64,000 bases of DNA from Candidatus Yonathbacteria bacterium. GTDB lineage: Bacteria; Patescibacteriota; Minisyncoccia; Phycocordibacterales; JACNGX01. The stretch covers positions 267,769 to 331,768 of the forward strand of contig JAAXWR010000001.1 in NCBI GenBank assembly GCA_013334825.1, in the 5' to 3' direction. The position numbers were made by a program, and so were the translations under genes. Below the pieces are notes generated by a model, which searched no databases, was not told where the DNA came from, and saw nothing but the letters and a program-made list of their open reading frames with translations. This document shows positions 10,416 to 20,250 of the stretch, in pieces. How positions within the stretch are numbered: position 1 is the first letter of the stretch; each line of letters starts with the position of its first letter.

Positions 10416-10829
10416 TTAGGTGTCGGATGAAAGGAGTCCACCAGTAATTATCGAAGGACGTGGTGGAATATCTTCTTTTTGAACTATCTCTCTGAGATGT
10501 GACATAAAGTCCATATCAGAAAAATATTCTCTGTGAAGATTCCCTTCACCGATAATGACGAGACATCCGGGAGCAATTGCATGTGTCAGTGCAAAATGCC
10601 TCTCCGCGGATCCACCCATATAGATAATGGGCTGACGTGGTTCAGGTGATATTGTCCGAGGAAAAAGCAATTTCGGCCATTCAATTGTCGAAATATTGAA
10701 AGGCTGTTCGTTCCGTAGGAGCTTCTTCTTGTGCTCCCGCTCCCTTCTTGCTTTTTGTCTCCGAGCATCATCTTTTCGTTTTTGTCGCTGGAGACGTTGG
10801 TTACTTTTCTTCACCACAATATTTCCCAA
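10416..10829 (-). CDS. Hypothetical Lys/Arg-rich ORFan
   Basis: 137-aa ORF followed by hairpin plus T-tract at about 10385-10416. Confidence 0.5.
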   Translation of the reverse strand: MGNIVVKKSNQRLQRQKRKDDARRQKARREREHKKKLLRNEQPFNISTIEWPKLLFPRTISPEPRQPIIYMGGSAERHFALTHAIAPGCLVIIGEGNLHREYFSDMDFMSHLREIVQKEDIPPRPSIITGGLLSSDT

Positions 10830-11014
10830 AGAAGATTACCGAAGACATATTTCTCCGGTACCATTTCGACTCCTTGGGGAATCGGGATCAGCCTTTGCCC
10901 ACGATACACATAACGAAATGTATTGTGGGCATTAGCTTCCGTGCGTCCTTTTAGGAAACCCTTACTCTTCCCTATTCGACGCTGTATGCGTCTCTGGCTT
11001 TTTTTCTTTTGCAT
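10811..11014 (-). CDS. Small basic hypothetical ORFan
   Basis: ATG downstream of TTGACA (11074-11079) promoter and TTCTTTCAA leader. Confidence 0.45.
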   Translation of the reverse strand: MQKKKSQRRIQRRIGKSKGFLKGRTEANAHNTFRYVYRGQRLIPIPQGVEMVPEKYVFGNLLWEILW

Positions 11015-11130
11015 ATTCTTTTTATTTTCGTTGAAAGAAATACCTAAACATATATTACATCAAAATATGTATATGTCAAGTTCTTAAGTTATTGTACTAG
11101 GAAAATAAAAAACCTATCAAAGGGATAGGT

Positions 11131-11640
11131 TTAAGCGGTCATTCTTTTGACGGTGTGATGAGGAGAGGGTTTATTTTTTTGTATCCACAATAGTAATCTT
11201 TCCAATCGTGTCGGTTGCCATTCTCTGATTTCACGAAAGAGAACGACACGATATCTGTCCAGATCTCCATTGATACATTCTGTCATGATAACATCTCCCG
11301 GCAGGATAGATTTTTTTTCCGCAAAAGGATTTTTACATAATCCAAAAGGTTCTGCAAGAAAAAGTATATTTCCTCCAACACATCCAGCCGTATGGACGAG
11401 AATTTCATGAGCATGTTTCCATGCAGGGACATCATCAACAGTGGCATACATTGTACCTGACTGAAATCCACAAAGTACGGTTGAAGCATATCCAAACGTT
11501 TTCATCTCGACGCGTCGAGGGGATTCATCTTCTCTTTTGAGGATGAGAAGATCATTCAATGTACGAAAAGATCTTTTAGGAAGATATTCTTTTTCGCACA
11601 ATATTCCTATGGCAATAAAATGTCGTTTTTTTACTGTCAT
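11131..11640 (-). CDS. Hypothetical ORFan in stand-alone cassette
   Basis: 169-aa ORF; TTGACT at 11702-11707, GTTCTTTTTTAAAA leader, terminator at about 11107-11132. Confidence 0.6.
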   Translation of the reverse strand: MTVKKRHFIAIGILCEKEYLPKRSFRTLNDLLILKREDESPRRVEMKTFGYASTVLCGFQSGTMYATVDDVPAWKHAHEILVHTAGCVGGNILFLAEPFGLCKNPFAEKKSILPGDVIMTECINGDLDRYRVVLFREIREWQPTRLERLLLWIQKNKPSPHHTVKRMTA

Positions 11641-11749
11641 TTCTATGATGTTATTTTAAAAAAGAACACGTTCAATACATAAAATCATTTTTTTATTGAT
11701 AAGTCAATGAAGGTGCGTATACGCTCTTTGGCTGATATACTATTGTCAT

Positions 11750-12961
11750 ATGCGTACATCATACTCTGCTCTCGATACGTTTAAAACGTGTCCTTTGCAA
11801 TATAAACTTCAGAATATTGATAAAATAAAAACACCTAAAAGCCCCGAGCAAGTATTTGGGACTATTGTGCATGATGCGCTCAATTTTATGTTTACGCGTG
11901 ACCCACTCTACCCTACCCTCGATGAAGTCATCAATCGATATATCGCCATGTGGAAGAGCGCCGCTTCAAAGATTGCGTGGCGTGACCCAGAGCGGAAAGA
12001 TGCCGAAGAAAAGATGTATGTAGAAGAAGGACTTGCGATTCTTAAAAGTTTTGCGAAGAAAAATAGTCCATGGAATTTTAATGCGGTTGAGCTTGAAAGC
12101 AGGTTTTCACTTGATATTGTTGATGAAGAGACAGGTGAAACGCATACGCTTGCGGGTATCATGGACCGATTGGATAAAGACCCTGATTCATCACGATATG
12201 AAATTATTGATTATAAAACAGGTAAGAAGATGCCGAGTGTTGAAATGCTTGAAGACAATCTTCAACTCGGTTTATACAGTCTCGTTATAGTCGACCGTTG
12301 GCCACATATTACCCCCGAAGATGTTACGGTGTCACTCTATTATTTGAAGCACAATGAAAAAGTATCGACCATCATGACACGAGAAAAACTTGAGCGAACG
12401 AAACGGCATATATTGACGATGATTCGTGAGGTGGAAAAGCGCACCGCGGAAGACGACTTTCCTCCCACGCCAAGTGCTTTGTGTGGATGGTGTGGATTTC
12501 GTGCTCTGTGTCCGATGTGGGCGCATGAGTATCGCAAGGAGGACCAACCAGCGCCGAATGAAGATGAGCTTAGACAAGCGCTTACTGATTTTTTCGCAAT
12601 TAAAGATTTGGAGGATGCACAAAAAAAGCGCGTTGCCGCGCTCAAAGACGTCATCAACCGCTACATGGATGCACAAGGGTTTGAACGGGTATTTTCGTCC
12701 GATGGATATGTGACACGAAGTGCCCAAGAGCGTGTTACCTATGATATGGAAAAAGTCGAACCGATACTTCGTACGGCTGGTGTATGGGATGACGTGCTTG
12801 CGCCCGATAAGAAAAAGCTCGAGGAAGTTTTTGAAAAATTGGGAGACAACGAGCAGCAAAAAATTGAGGAGGCAAAAAAAGTAAGCATATCCAAAACCCT
12901 CCGCTTATCAAAGAAAAAAGTTCTTGATGAAGAGGATGAGGAGGATACGGCTACGGAATAG
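11750..12961 (+). CDS. PD-(D/E)XK RecB/Cas4-like nuclease with C-terminal extension
   Basis: SYSAL..CP, GTIVH, GIMDRLD, IIDYKTG, QLGLY and CGWCGFRALC motifs. Confidence 0.88.
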   Translation: MRTSYSALDTFKTCPLQYKLQNIDKIKTPKSPEQVFGTIVHDALNFMFTRDPLYPTLDEVINRYIAMWKSAASKIAWRDPERKDAEEKMYVEEGLAILKSFAKKNSPWNFNAVELESRFSLDIVDEETGETHTLAGIMDRLDKDPDSSRYEIIDYKTGKKMPSVEMLEDNLQLGLYSLVIVDRWPHITPEDVTVSLYYLKHNEKVSTIMTREKLERTKRHILTMIREVEKRTAEDDFPPTPSALCGWCGFRALCPMWAHEYRKEDQPAPNEDELRQALTDFFAIKDLEDAQKKRVAALKDVINRYMDAQGFERVFSSDGYVTRSAQERVTYDMEKVEPILRTAGVWDDVLAPDKKKLEEVFEKLGDNEQQKIEEAKKVSISKTLRLSKKKVLDEEDEEDTATE

Positions 12962-12999
12962 TAGAAAGGATTTTTGTTTACCATTGTCTATATGTCGTT

Positions 13000-13028
13000 T
13001 GTCATTCCGGGCTTGACCCGGAATCCAG
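13000..13028 (+). repeat. REP-like palindrome, left flank of GIY-YIG gene
   Basis: TGTC-ATTCCGGG-CTTGA-CCCGGAAT-CCAG. Confidence 0.85.
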
Positions 13029-13040
13029 GATTCACACGCT

Positions 13041-13340
13041 ATGAAAACATATTACGTATACATACTGGCGAGCAAGAGGAACGGCACCTTATACACAGGA
13101 GTCACATCGGATTTACAGAGACGTGTTTACCAGCACAAACACAACATAACCGAGTGATTTACCGCACGATATGATGTGCATATACTCGTGTATTACGAGT
13201 AGATGGAAGACGTGACGAGTGCCATTGCGAGAGAAAAGCAGTTAAAAAATGGGAAGAGGAAATGGAAGCTTTGACTGATTGAAAAAATGAATCCGCAGCG
13301 GATTGATTTGTACGATACCTTATTTGATCCTTGTGAATGA
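13041..13340 (+). pseudogene. GIY-YIG nuclease pseudogene with three in-frame stops
   Basis: Manual translation gives MKTYYVYILASKRNGTLYTGVTSDLQRRVYQHKHNITE*FTARYDVHILVYYE*MEDVTSAIAREKQLKNGKRKWKL*LIEKMNPQRIDLY; stops at 13155, 13200 and 13272; missed by the ORF track. Confidence 0.9.
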
Positions 13341-13358
13341 AGGTGTGTAAAAAATGCT

Positions 13359-13387
13359 CTGGACCCCGGGTCAAGCCCGAGGTGACA
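13359..13387 (-). repeat. REP-like palindrome, right flank (inverted)
   Basis: Reverse complement is TGTC-ACCTCGGG-CTTGA-CCCGGGGT-CCAG. Confidence 0.85.
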
Positions 13388-13435
13388 TTTTTTATGAAAT
13401 AAAACACAACTACCATATACCAATAACCCGAGACA

Positions 13436-13879
13436 TCATTCAAGTCCTGGGCAATTCGCCGCTGGGGTGTAGCCAGCGGCGCGGGCTGCTTCGGCCGTAT
13501 CGAACCAGACCTTGTTTTCGTCCTTGATACGCTTGGCACCAGAACACCATGGATAGTGGTATTTGGTCCCGTTTTTAGAGGCAACGAATTTGCCTTGTGT
13601 GGCAGTCGTAGAACCAACAGAAGCAGAAAGGGCGGAGGCGTTCACCGCACGTGTCTCAGGGCTATTTTGGCCGTTTGTAGGGGTGGTGAGCGGCTCCAGT
13701 ACTTCAATATTGCCATGTCGCGTGGTATCAAGGGCAGAAAGTCGCCCTAATCCAAATGAGGCAATACCCACAAGTAAAATGAGAAGAACGGTGAATATCT
13801 CTTGTCGTTCTAGTGTGTGTGCAAGGGTTTGGCACATGCCCTTGCATTTTGTGCCGATTTCTTTTATACTCATTGCCAT
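13436..13879 (-). CDS. Membrane-anchored Ada metal-binding-like domain protein
   Basis: One TM helix, linker, FVASKNGTKYHYPWC...WFDTAEAARAAGYTPAANC. Confidence 0.75.
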   Translation of the reverse strand: MAMSIKEIGTKCKGMCQTLAHTLERQEIFTVLLILLVGIASFGLGRLSALDTTRHGNIEVLEPLTTPTNGQNSPETRAVNASALSASVGSTTATQGKFVASKNGTKYHYPWCSGAKRIKDENKVWFDTAEAARAAGYTPAANCPGLE

Positions 13880-13945
13880 ATTGACGTTATTATAGCGCGG
13901 TAAGCTCCGGAAGGATAGGCGCCGACGCGGACACACACATATTAT

Positions 13946-14269
13946 ATGGCACATAGAAAAGCGGGGGGTACCGCTAAAAACCTAAGAGATTCAAATCCGA
14001 AATATCTTGGCACCAAACTGTACGAAGGACAGGTTGCCAAAACTGGTATGGTCATCGTGCGTCAACGTGGCACGCGCATCATGCCTGGTGAGAATGTTGG
14101 ACTTGGTAAGGATCATACATTGTTTGCTCTTGCAAATGGTACAGTGAAATTTGGCACCAAACGCAAAACCGGTTTCAATGGCAAAACAACTGTCAAGAAA
14201 GTCGCTCATGTAAGGCCAACGGAAGTCGTCACGAAGAAAGAAAAGGTTTCAAAAAAAGCTGAAAAGTAA
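13946..14269 (+). CDS. rpmA: 50S ribosomal protein L27
   Basis: [21 protein letters not shown] and GKDHTLFA motifs. Confidence 0.97.
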   Translation: MAHRKAGGTAKNLRDSNPKYLGTKLYEGQVAKTGMVIVRQRGTRIMPGENVGLGKDHTLFALANGTVKFGTKRKTGFNGKTTVKKVAHVRPTEVVTKKEKVSKKAEK

Positions 14270-14382
14270 ACAAAACAAAAACGGGCATATGCCCGTTTTT
14301 GTTTAAGTTAAGCCCATCGAATAAACAACAAAAGCGACCCAACGGGTCGCTTTTGTTGTTTACAGTAATAATAAGAATGCGA

Positions 14383-14832
14383 TTATTCTTCTGCTTTGAT
14401 AACAGTGAGTGTGAGTGTTGCTTTGATATCCCCTTCCCCGATTTCAATCATATGGTCTCCGATTTCTTTGATGGTTTCGTCTGACATGAGATATCCTGAA
14501 TCAATGGTTTCGCCAAGTTGTGTGGCGATTGCTGAAACAATTTCTGGTTTGTGAATCGCGGCAAACAAGTGTCCCAAATCATTGGCCTTTTCCGTCAAGG
14601 TAATAGTTTTTCCATTGAGGGACTCAATATGACTGGCAAGAGTGGCACGTTCAGCAATCGCTGCGGCAGTGTGCTTGGCACGTACTTGTTCAAGTTGTGC
14701 GATTTTTGCGTCAGTAGCAATTTCCGCCTTTTTTTGTGGAATCAAAAAATTGCGCGCATATCCGCTGGCAACATCTTTAATCTCGTAAGTTTTCCCGAGT
14801 TTCGGGACATTGGTAAGCAAAATGACTTTCAT
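14383..14832 (-). CDS. rplI: 50S ribosomal protein L9
   Basis: MKVILL..VPKLG..VASGYARNFLIP. Confidence 0.96.
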   Translation of the reverse strand: MKVILLTNVPKLGKTYEIKDVASGYARNFLIPQKKAEIATDAKIAQLEQVRAKHTAAAIAERATLASHIESLNGKTITLTEKANDLGHLFAAIHKPEIVSAIATQLGETIDSGYLMSDETIKEIGDHMIEIGEGDIKATLTLTVIKAEE

Positions 14833-14953
14833 AGTGCGTCTATTTAAGCATATATAGAGATAAGAAGCAAGAAGCACAAAGCAAGAATCAAGGAATGCAC
14901 TTACGGCAATAGACTCTTGCTCTTTTTCTTTCGGTTTCTAATCTTCTTGATTC

Positions 14954-15190
14954 TTACTTCGAATCCTCCAATTTCGTGAATCTCATCACTTCCCCGTCGG
15001 GAGTTTGTACTGTTTCCCAAAAACTTGCGAGCGAACGTGCCCAGAGAGGATTTGGTCCAAATTCTTCAGAATCGTATCGTCCACGATAAATAACTAATTC
15101 CTCCAATGACTCACTGTGTCGTGCAACGCCAATGAGATCATATTCTTTGCCTTTGAAATGGCGATAGACGCCGGGAGTGGGGTGAGACAT
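14954..15190 (-). CDS. DUF1653 family protein
   Basis: GVYRHFKGKEY, ARHSE and LWAR...F motifs. Confidence 0.85.
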   Translation of the reverse strand: MSHPTPGVYRHFKGKEYDLIGVARHSESLEELVIYRGRYDSEEFGPNPLWARSLASFWETVQTPDGEVMRFTKLEDSK

Positions 15191-15246
15191 AGAATTAGTT
15201 CGTAGTTCGTAGAAATTATTGGGGACGGTTTTGTCTGTCAATGTTC

Positions 15247-15382
15247 TTTAATTTTCAATTTTCAAACAATGTTTCAATGCACTAATTCTATCATTCTCCA
15301 ATGACCCACATGTTGTTTTCTTTATTGAAACATTTGGTATATTGGAAATTGTTTGAAAATTAGAAATTGAAAATTGAAAATT
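15247..15382. repeat. Inverted heptamer-array foldback element
   Basis: (AATTTTC)n-AAACAAT on the left and ATTGTTT-(GAAAATT)n on the right. Confidence 0.75.
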
Positions 15383-15449
15383 CGTCCTGTATTCCTAATT
15401 CCTAACTTCCTGTCCTTCTCTAAAAAGCTATAACCTAACACCTATAACC

Positions 15450-16709
15450 TTAATTGTTCACTATCTCTATCGCCTTGGTCATCTGTGGGTCGCGCTGCGC
15501 CTCGAGATCTTCTTTGGTGATAGATACGTCAACATCGGCCGCAAGTCCTCCTTCGGAGATAGAAATACCTTCAGGAGTGAGCCAGCGTGCGACAGTTACT
15601 TTGAGTGAGGTATTCTCTGTAACGGGGATAAGTTCTTGGACAGACCCTTTTCCAAATGTGCGTGTGCCAACAAGTGTCGCCACATCATGTTCAGAGAGTG
15701 CACCAGCAAGAATTTCGGACGCGGACGCGGACCCTTGATTGACAAGAACAACCATGCGAAGTGAGTCATTAAACACGTTGTACCCTTTGCTCCGATAGGT
15801 TATCTCGTCTCGTCCATCCGCGAATGATTCACGTACCACAACCTTTCCTGACGGAAGAAACCAGCTCGCCATATCAACCGCAGATTCCAGATATCCTCCT
15901 GGATTACCTCGTAAATCAAGAACGAGTTTATGTGTTCCTGATTCAATAAACGAACGGAGTGCTTCACGGAAGAGGTTTGCTGATTGCGCGGAGAAATTGT
16001 ACAAATGAATGACGAAGACATCGTTTGAGCCAGCTGTCGCTACAATCTCCCCTGTTGTCGCAGAGCGGATTTCAGTATCGATTGTAGGGATGGAAATGAC
16101 CGCACGAGTGATGGTGATGTCGATAGGTTCGTCGTCTCCATCATGAAGAACAGTCAAGGCGATATCTGTTCCTTCAGGACCACGAATAAGATTGACTGCT
16201 TCGTCCGCGGATATATTCGTGGTGAGTGTATCACCAATCTTTAAAATGATATCCCCAGGACGCATACCTGCTCGTTCGGCAGGAGTATCTTTGAGTGGTG
16301 CAATGACTGTGAGTACATCGTTACGAACGCCAATTTCCATGCCAACACCATGAAAGGAACCGCTGATATCGTCGGAGAATTTTTCACTTTCTTCAGGAGG
16401 AAGAAATACCGTGTATGGATCACCAAGAGATGCCACCATGCCCTCGATAGCTCCCCAGACACGTCCTTGAGGGTCATCTCCTTCCCCTGTGGTATTGTAT
16501 TTTTCATCAAGAAGATTCCATACTTTCCAAAACGGTGAAAAGTCTGCCTGTCCCGCCGACGCGACAGACGCTTCCATGCCAACAAGTCCAGCTATCTTTT
16601 GGGCTTCAGGTCGATTGGTGTATCCTGCGTATACACCCAATGTGAATGTGCCAAACACAAGCCCTACGGCAATCGCCCCTGTAACAATGCGTTGATATGA
16701 TGAATCCAT
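15450..16709 (-). CDS. S41 carboxyl-terminal processing protease (CtpA-like)
   Basis: LGDPYT, PDZ domain, LDLRGNPGG, SASASE and TFGKGSVQ motifs. Confidence 0.95.
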   Translation of the reverse strand: MDSSYQRIVTGAIAVGLVFGTFTLGVYAGYTNRPEAQKIAGLVGMEASVASAGQADFSPFWKVWNLLDEKYNTTGEGDDPQGRVWGAIEGMVASLGDPYTVFLPPEESEKFSDDISGSFHGVGMEIGVRNDVLTVIAPLKDTPAERAGMRPGDIILKIGDTLTTNISADEAVNLIRGPEGTDIALTVLHDGDDEPIDITITRAVISIPTIDTEIRSATTGEIVATAGSNDVFVIHLYNFSAQSANLFREALRSFIESGTHKLVLDLRGNPGGYLESAVDMASWFLPSGKVVVRESFADGRDEITYRSKGYNVFNDSLRMVVLVNQGSASASEILAGALSEHDVATLVGTRTFGKGSVQELIPVTENTSLKVTVARWLTPEGISISEGGLAADVDVSITKEDLEAQRDPQMTKAIEIVNN

Positions 16710-16899
16710 GGAGGATAGTATAGCAAGACGAAGCATTGCCTGCCAGCGCATGCCTGTGTTAAAGAAGTTTTATGACCAACTTATTATTTGAGCCATGCTT
16801 GTTTTCTTATATAAAAAAATGCTCCCTATGAATTAAGAGAGTGTCAATATATTATGTTTGCTATCATACAAAACACCGTGCCCTCAGGCACGGTGTGTA

Positions 16900-17276
16900 T
16901 CAATTTTTTGAGAATGTGTTTCCATCAACTTCAGGATAACCCTCTTCTCTTTTTCTTTTTTCTCCTTCGTCCGCTATCCTTTTAAGAGTGTTAACTATCC
17001 CTTCAATGTCATACCTTTCGGCAATTTCAACAATATCATCGAAGAGGGGGTCTTCATGCAGTAATGTCTCAAATTTAATATTGAGAAATCTAGCGAGGTG
17101 GTGAATAGTTGTTAAAGAAGGATATTTTTTACCTTCTTCTATTTGTTGTATTGATTCCACAGAAATACCACAGAAATACCAGAGATTCTGGAAAGTTTCT
17201 CTTGAGAAAGATTCGCAGCTTCGCGGTATATCCTGAGATTATTTCCCAAACCTTTTCTGGGGCTGTTTTCTGTCAT
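16900..17276 (-). pseudogene. XRE-family HTH regulator frameshifted by an 11-bp tandem duplication
   Basis: Removing one CCACAGAAATA unit (17157-17178) restores a 121-aa ORF: GLGNNLRIYREAANLSQEKLSRISGISVESIQQIEEGKKYPSL. Confidence 0.85.
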
Positions 17277-17427
17277 GAAGTATTTGTTTTTTGAGTGAGT
17301 AGAACGCTCATTGATATATACTATATTTTTTTGTTATAGTCAATATGTTTTGTTTTGTGGAGCGTATCTGTGGAAACAGAAATTATGATATACTAAAGTT
17401 ACATTTTTCGACACTGGTAACTCATCT

Positions 17428-18351
17428 ATGCTCAAACGTCATACGTATAAAAAAATAACATGGATTGATTTGGAGTCTCCTACTCAAGAGGAGCTTCGTA
17501 CTGTCATGCAAGAGTTTGATATTCATCCCCTTGTCGCGACAGAACTTGCTTCACCAACCATGCGTCCACGGGTGGATTTGTATCATGACTTCGCGTATCT
17601 TATCTTGCACTACCCATCCTTTCTCCATAATCACGGCAATCATCACGAGTACGGCGAACAAGAAGTTGATTTTGTTGTAGGAAAAAACTTTATTGTTACC
17701 GCGCATTACGAGATGATTGATTCAATCCGCGAGTTTTCAAAAGTATTTGAAGTTCAGTCTATGGTTGATAGGAACACACTTGGTGATCATGCGGGATTTG
17801 TCTTTTTTCATATTGCTCGGGCGATGTATCGTTCACTCGGAGACGGACTCGATGCCATCGGCGAAGATCTTGAAGAAATTGAAGAACATATTTTTGAAGA
17901 ATATGAAAAAGAAATGGTGCGTGCCATCTCTGGTGTGAATCGTGACTTGCTCAATTTCCGTCAATCTATTCGCTTGCACAAAGATATTCTTGAATCACTT
18001 GAGCTTGCGGGACCTGATTTTTTTGGTGCAAAGTTTTCCCCTTATTTGCATTCTCTTACAGGAGAGTATTATCGTGTTGCAAGTGAACTTGAAAGCCATC
18101 GGGAAACATTGGCAGAACTCCGCAATACCAATGACTCTTTGTTATCGTCAAAACAAAATGAGATTATGAAGAAGTTTACTATTGTCGCTTTTGCAACGTT
18201 GCCGATGTCACTCCTTGCCGCCATGTTTGGTATGAATACAGTAAATACACCAATTGTTGGCGGAACGGGAGATTTTTGGATTATTGTAGGAGTCATGGCA
18301 TCTGTGTTTGCAGGACTCTTTTGGTATTTCCGCACAAAGCGGTGGATTTAA
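17428..18351 (+). CDS. corA: CorA-family Mg2+/Co2+ transporter
   Basis: WIDLESP N-terminus, GMN motif, two C-terminal TM helices. Confidence 0.9.
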   Translation: MLKRHTYKKITWIDLESPTQEELRTVMQEFDIHPLVATELASPTMRPRVDLYHDFAYLILHYPSFLHNHGNHHEYGEQEVDFVVGKNFIVTAHYEMIDSIREFSKVFEVQSMVDRNTLGDHAGFVFFHIARAMYRSLGDGLDAIGEDLEEIEEHIFEEYEKEMVRAISGVNRDLLNFRQSIRLHKDILESLELAGPDFFGAKFSPYLHSLTGEYYRVASELESHRETLAELRNTNDSLLSSKQNEIMKKFTIVAFATLPMSLLAAMFGMNTVNTPIVGGTGDFWIIVGVMASVFAGLFWYFRTKRWI

Positions 18352-18354
18352 TCT

Positions 18355-19767
18355 ATGCAAGAAATTCGTCTTTTTAATACGCTTTCACGCACCAAGGAAG
18401 CTTTTGTGCCCCTTGAGTCTTTGCGTGTGACGATGTATCAATGTGGTCCAACGGTGTATTCTACACAGCATATTGGTAATCTTCGTGCCGCTGTTATGGG
18501 TGATTTGGTCGTGCGTGCATTGCGACATCTTGGGTATACAGTAACATTTGTACGTAATTATACTGACGTGGGGCATTTGACTTCTGATGAAGATGAAGGA
18601 GAAGATAAACTGGAAAAGGGTGCGAAACGCGAGAGTATGTCTCCTGAAGCAATTGCCGAGAAGTACATTCGTCAATATGAAGATGATATAACTGCGCTCA
18701 ATCTCATGCCTCCAAGTGTAGCGCCGCGCGCGACGGAACATATTGGAGATATCATCGACATGGTGTCTTCTCTCATCACCAAAGGTTATGCCTATACGAC
18801 CGACCTCGCCGTTTATTTTGATGTGTCACAAGCAAAAGACTACACTCGCCTGTCGGGACAAGATGAAGATGCGCTTCGCGCAGGCGCGGGTACTGGTGAA
18901 GTATCTGACCCAGCGAAAAAAAATCCCCGTGATTTCGCACTTTGGTTCTTTAAGGCAAGCGCGCATGCGCGCGCCCTCCAGACATGGTCTTCACCCTTTT
19001 CCTCCCCTCTCGTCCAACATGGTGAAGGATTTCCGGGATGGCATATTGAATGCTCAGCAATGAGTAACACATATCTCGGCGCTACGATGGATATTCATAT
19101 GGGAGGCATTGAACATGTGTCGGTGCATCATACGAATGAAATCGCGCAGAGTGAAGCTTCAAATGGTGTACCTCCCGCGCGATATTGGATGCATAACGAG
19201 CATTTACTTGTTGATAATACGAAAATGTCAAAATCCCAAGGCACGGGATATGCGCTGGATGATATCCGTTCCCATGGATACAATCCCCTTGCGCTACGGT
19301 ATTTTTTCCTTCAAGCGCACTATCGTTCCAAGCAAAACTTTACGTGGGAAGCACTTGACGCGGCATCACGCGGTTTGCAGAAACTGTATGTGGCCATGCG
19401 AGAACTTCCTCGTGAGAACACTGCTTCTCCTCATCAAGAGACGATGAAGCGTTTTGATACCGCACTTGCTGATGATATAAATGTCCCTCAAGCACTTGCT
19501 GTGGCACACGAAATACTTTCCTCAGATATCTCTCCCGCCGAGAAATGCGCGACGCTTATTGCAATGGATAGTGTGCTCGGGCTTGGTTTGGCAGAGCAAA
19601 CATCTGTAGAAATACCCTCGGACATTCTTTCTCTGGTACATGAACGTGAAGCATATCGTGCGCGTGGTGACTATGCGAATGCTGATCGTATGCGCGATGA
19701 ACTTAAAGCAAAAGGATATGAAATAAAAGACACGGCCGAAGGTGCGCGCGCAGTGAGGACATCATAA
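18355..19767 (+). CDS. cysS: Cysteine--tRNA ligase
   Basis: CGPTVY, HIGN, PGWHIECSAM and KMSKS motifs. Confidence 0.97.
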   Translation: MQEIRLFNTLSRTKEAFVPLESLRVTMYQCGPTVYSTQHIGNLRAAVMGDLVVRALRHLGYTVTFVRNYTDVGHLTSDEDEGEDKLEKGAKRESMSPEAIAEKYIRQYEDDITALNLMPPSVAPRATEHIGDIIDMVSSLITKGYAYTTDLAVYFDVSQAKDYTRLSGQDEDALRAGAGTGEVSDPAKKNPRDFALWFFKASAHARALQTWSSPFSSPLVQHGEGFPGWHIECSAMSNTYLGATMDIHMGGIEHVSVHHTNEIAQSEASNGVPPARYWMHNEHLLVDNTKMSKSQGTGYALDDIRSHGYNPLALRYFFLQAHYRSKQNFTWEALDAASRGLQKLYVAMRELPRENTASPHQETMKRFDTALADDINVPQALAVAHEILSSDISPAEKCATLIAMDSVLGLGLAEQTSVEIPSDILSLVHEREAYRARGDYANADRMRDELKAKGYEIKDTAEGARAVRTS

Positions 19768-19811
19768 AAACACGACCTTGGAGGCCGTGTAGAAAAGATA
19801 TAATCTTATTT

Positions 19812-20048
19812 TTAAAAAATTTCTCCCGTTCTGGATGAAATCGAGATGCTGTAATCGGAAGTGATTACTTGATCATCTGTGTCTTCATCAGGTTCAATTA
19901 TCTCTGCGATTTCTTCCATTATCCCAATGGGGTATAACAGAAATGCTCCAAGAGTAGCAGTGACTTTAAAAATTACTCTTGATACAACACGTCTTCCTTC
20001 GGTATCACAAAGAAGGAAAGTGTTTCCTATTGTTTGCAGGATGTCCAT
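19812..20048 (-). CDS. Small hypothetical ORFan
   Basis: 78-aa ORF, TTCTTTTACGAAAA leader, hairpin at about 19766-19790. Confidence 0.45.
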   Translation of the reverse strand: MDILQTIGNTFLLCDTEGRRVVSRVIFKVTATLGAFLLYPIGIMEEIAEIIEPDEDTDDQVITSDYSISISSRTGEIF

Positions 20049-20250
20049 TTTGTTTTCGTAAAAGAATCCCTCCCATAGATGAGAGATTGGCGAAATGCCA
20101 CAAATTGATACTACACTAATACCATATAATCATAATTTCATAAAAATGCAAAGTGTCCATGCATGTATTTTGTGACATTAAATCTCGCATTTCTTCAGTT
20201 CCTATAACCTCTCTCCCATTTCCTCCTATAACCTATCACCCCAGTCTTCA

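Noticed and set aside
13155-13157. TGA at a normally Gly position of the GIY-YIG gene, suggesting genetic code 25
   Set aside because: The same gene also has an in-frame TAG, and core genes (dac, ftsW, ychF, leuS) end properly at TGA, so it is a pseudogene and not recoding
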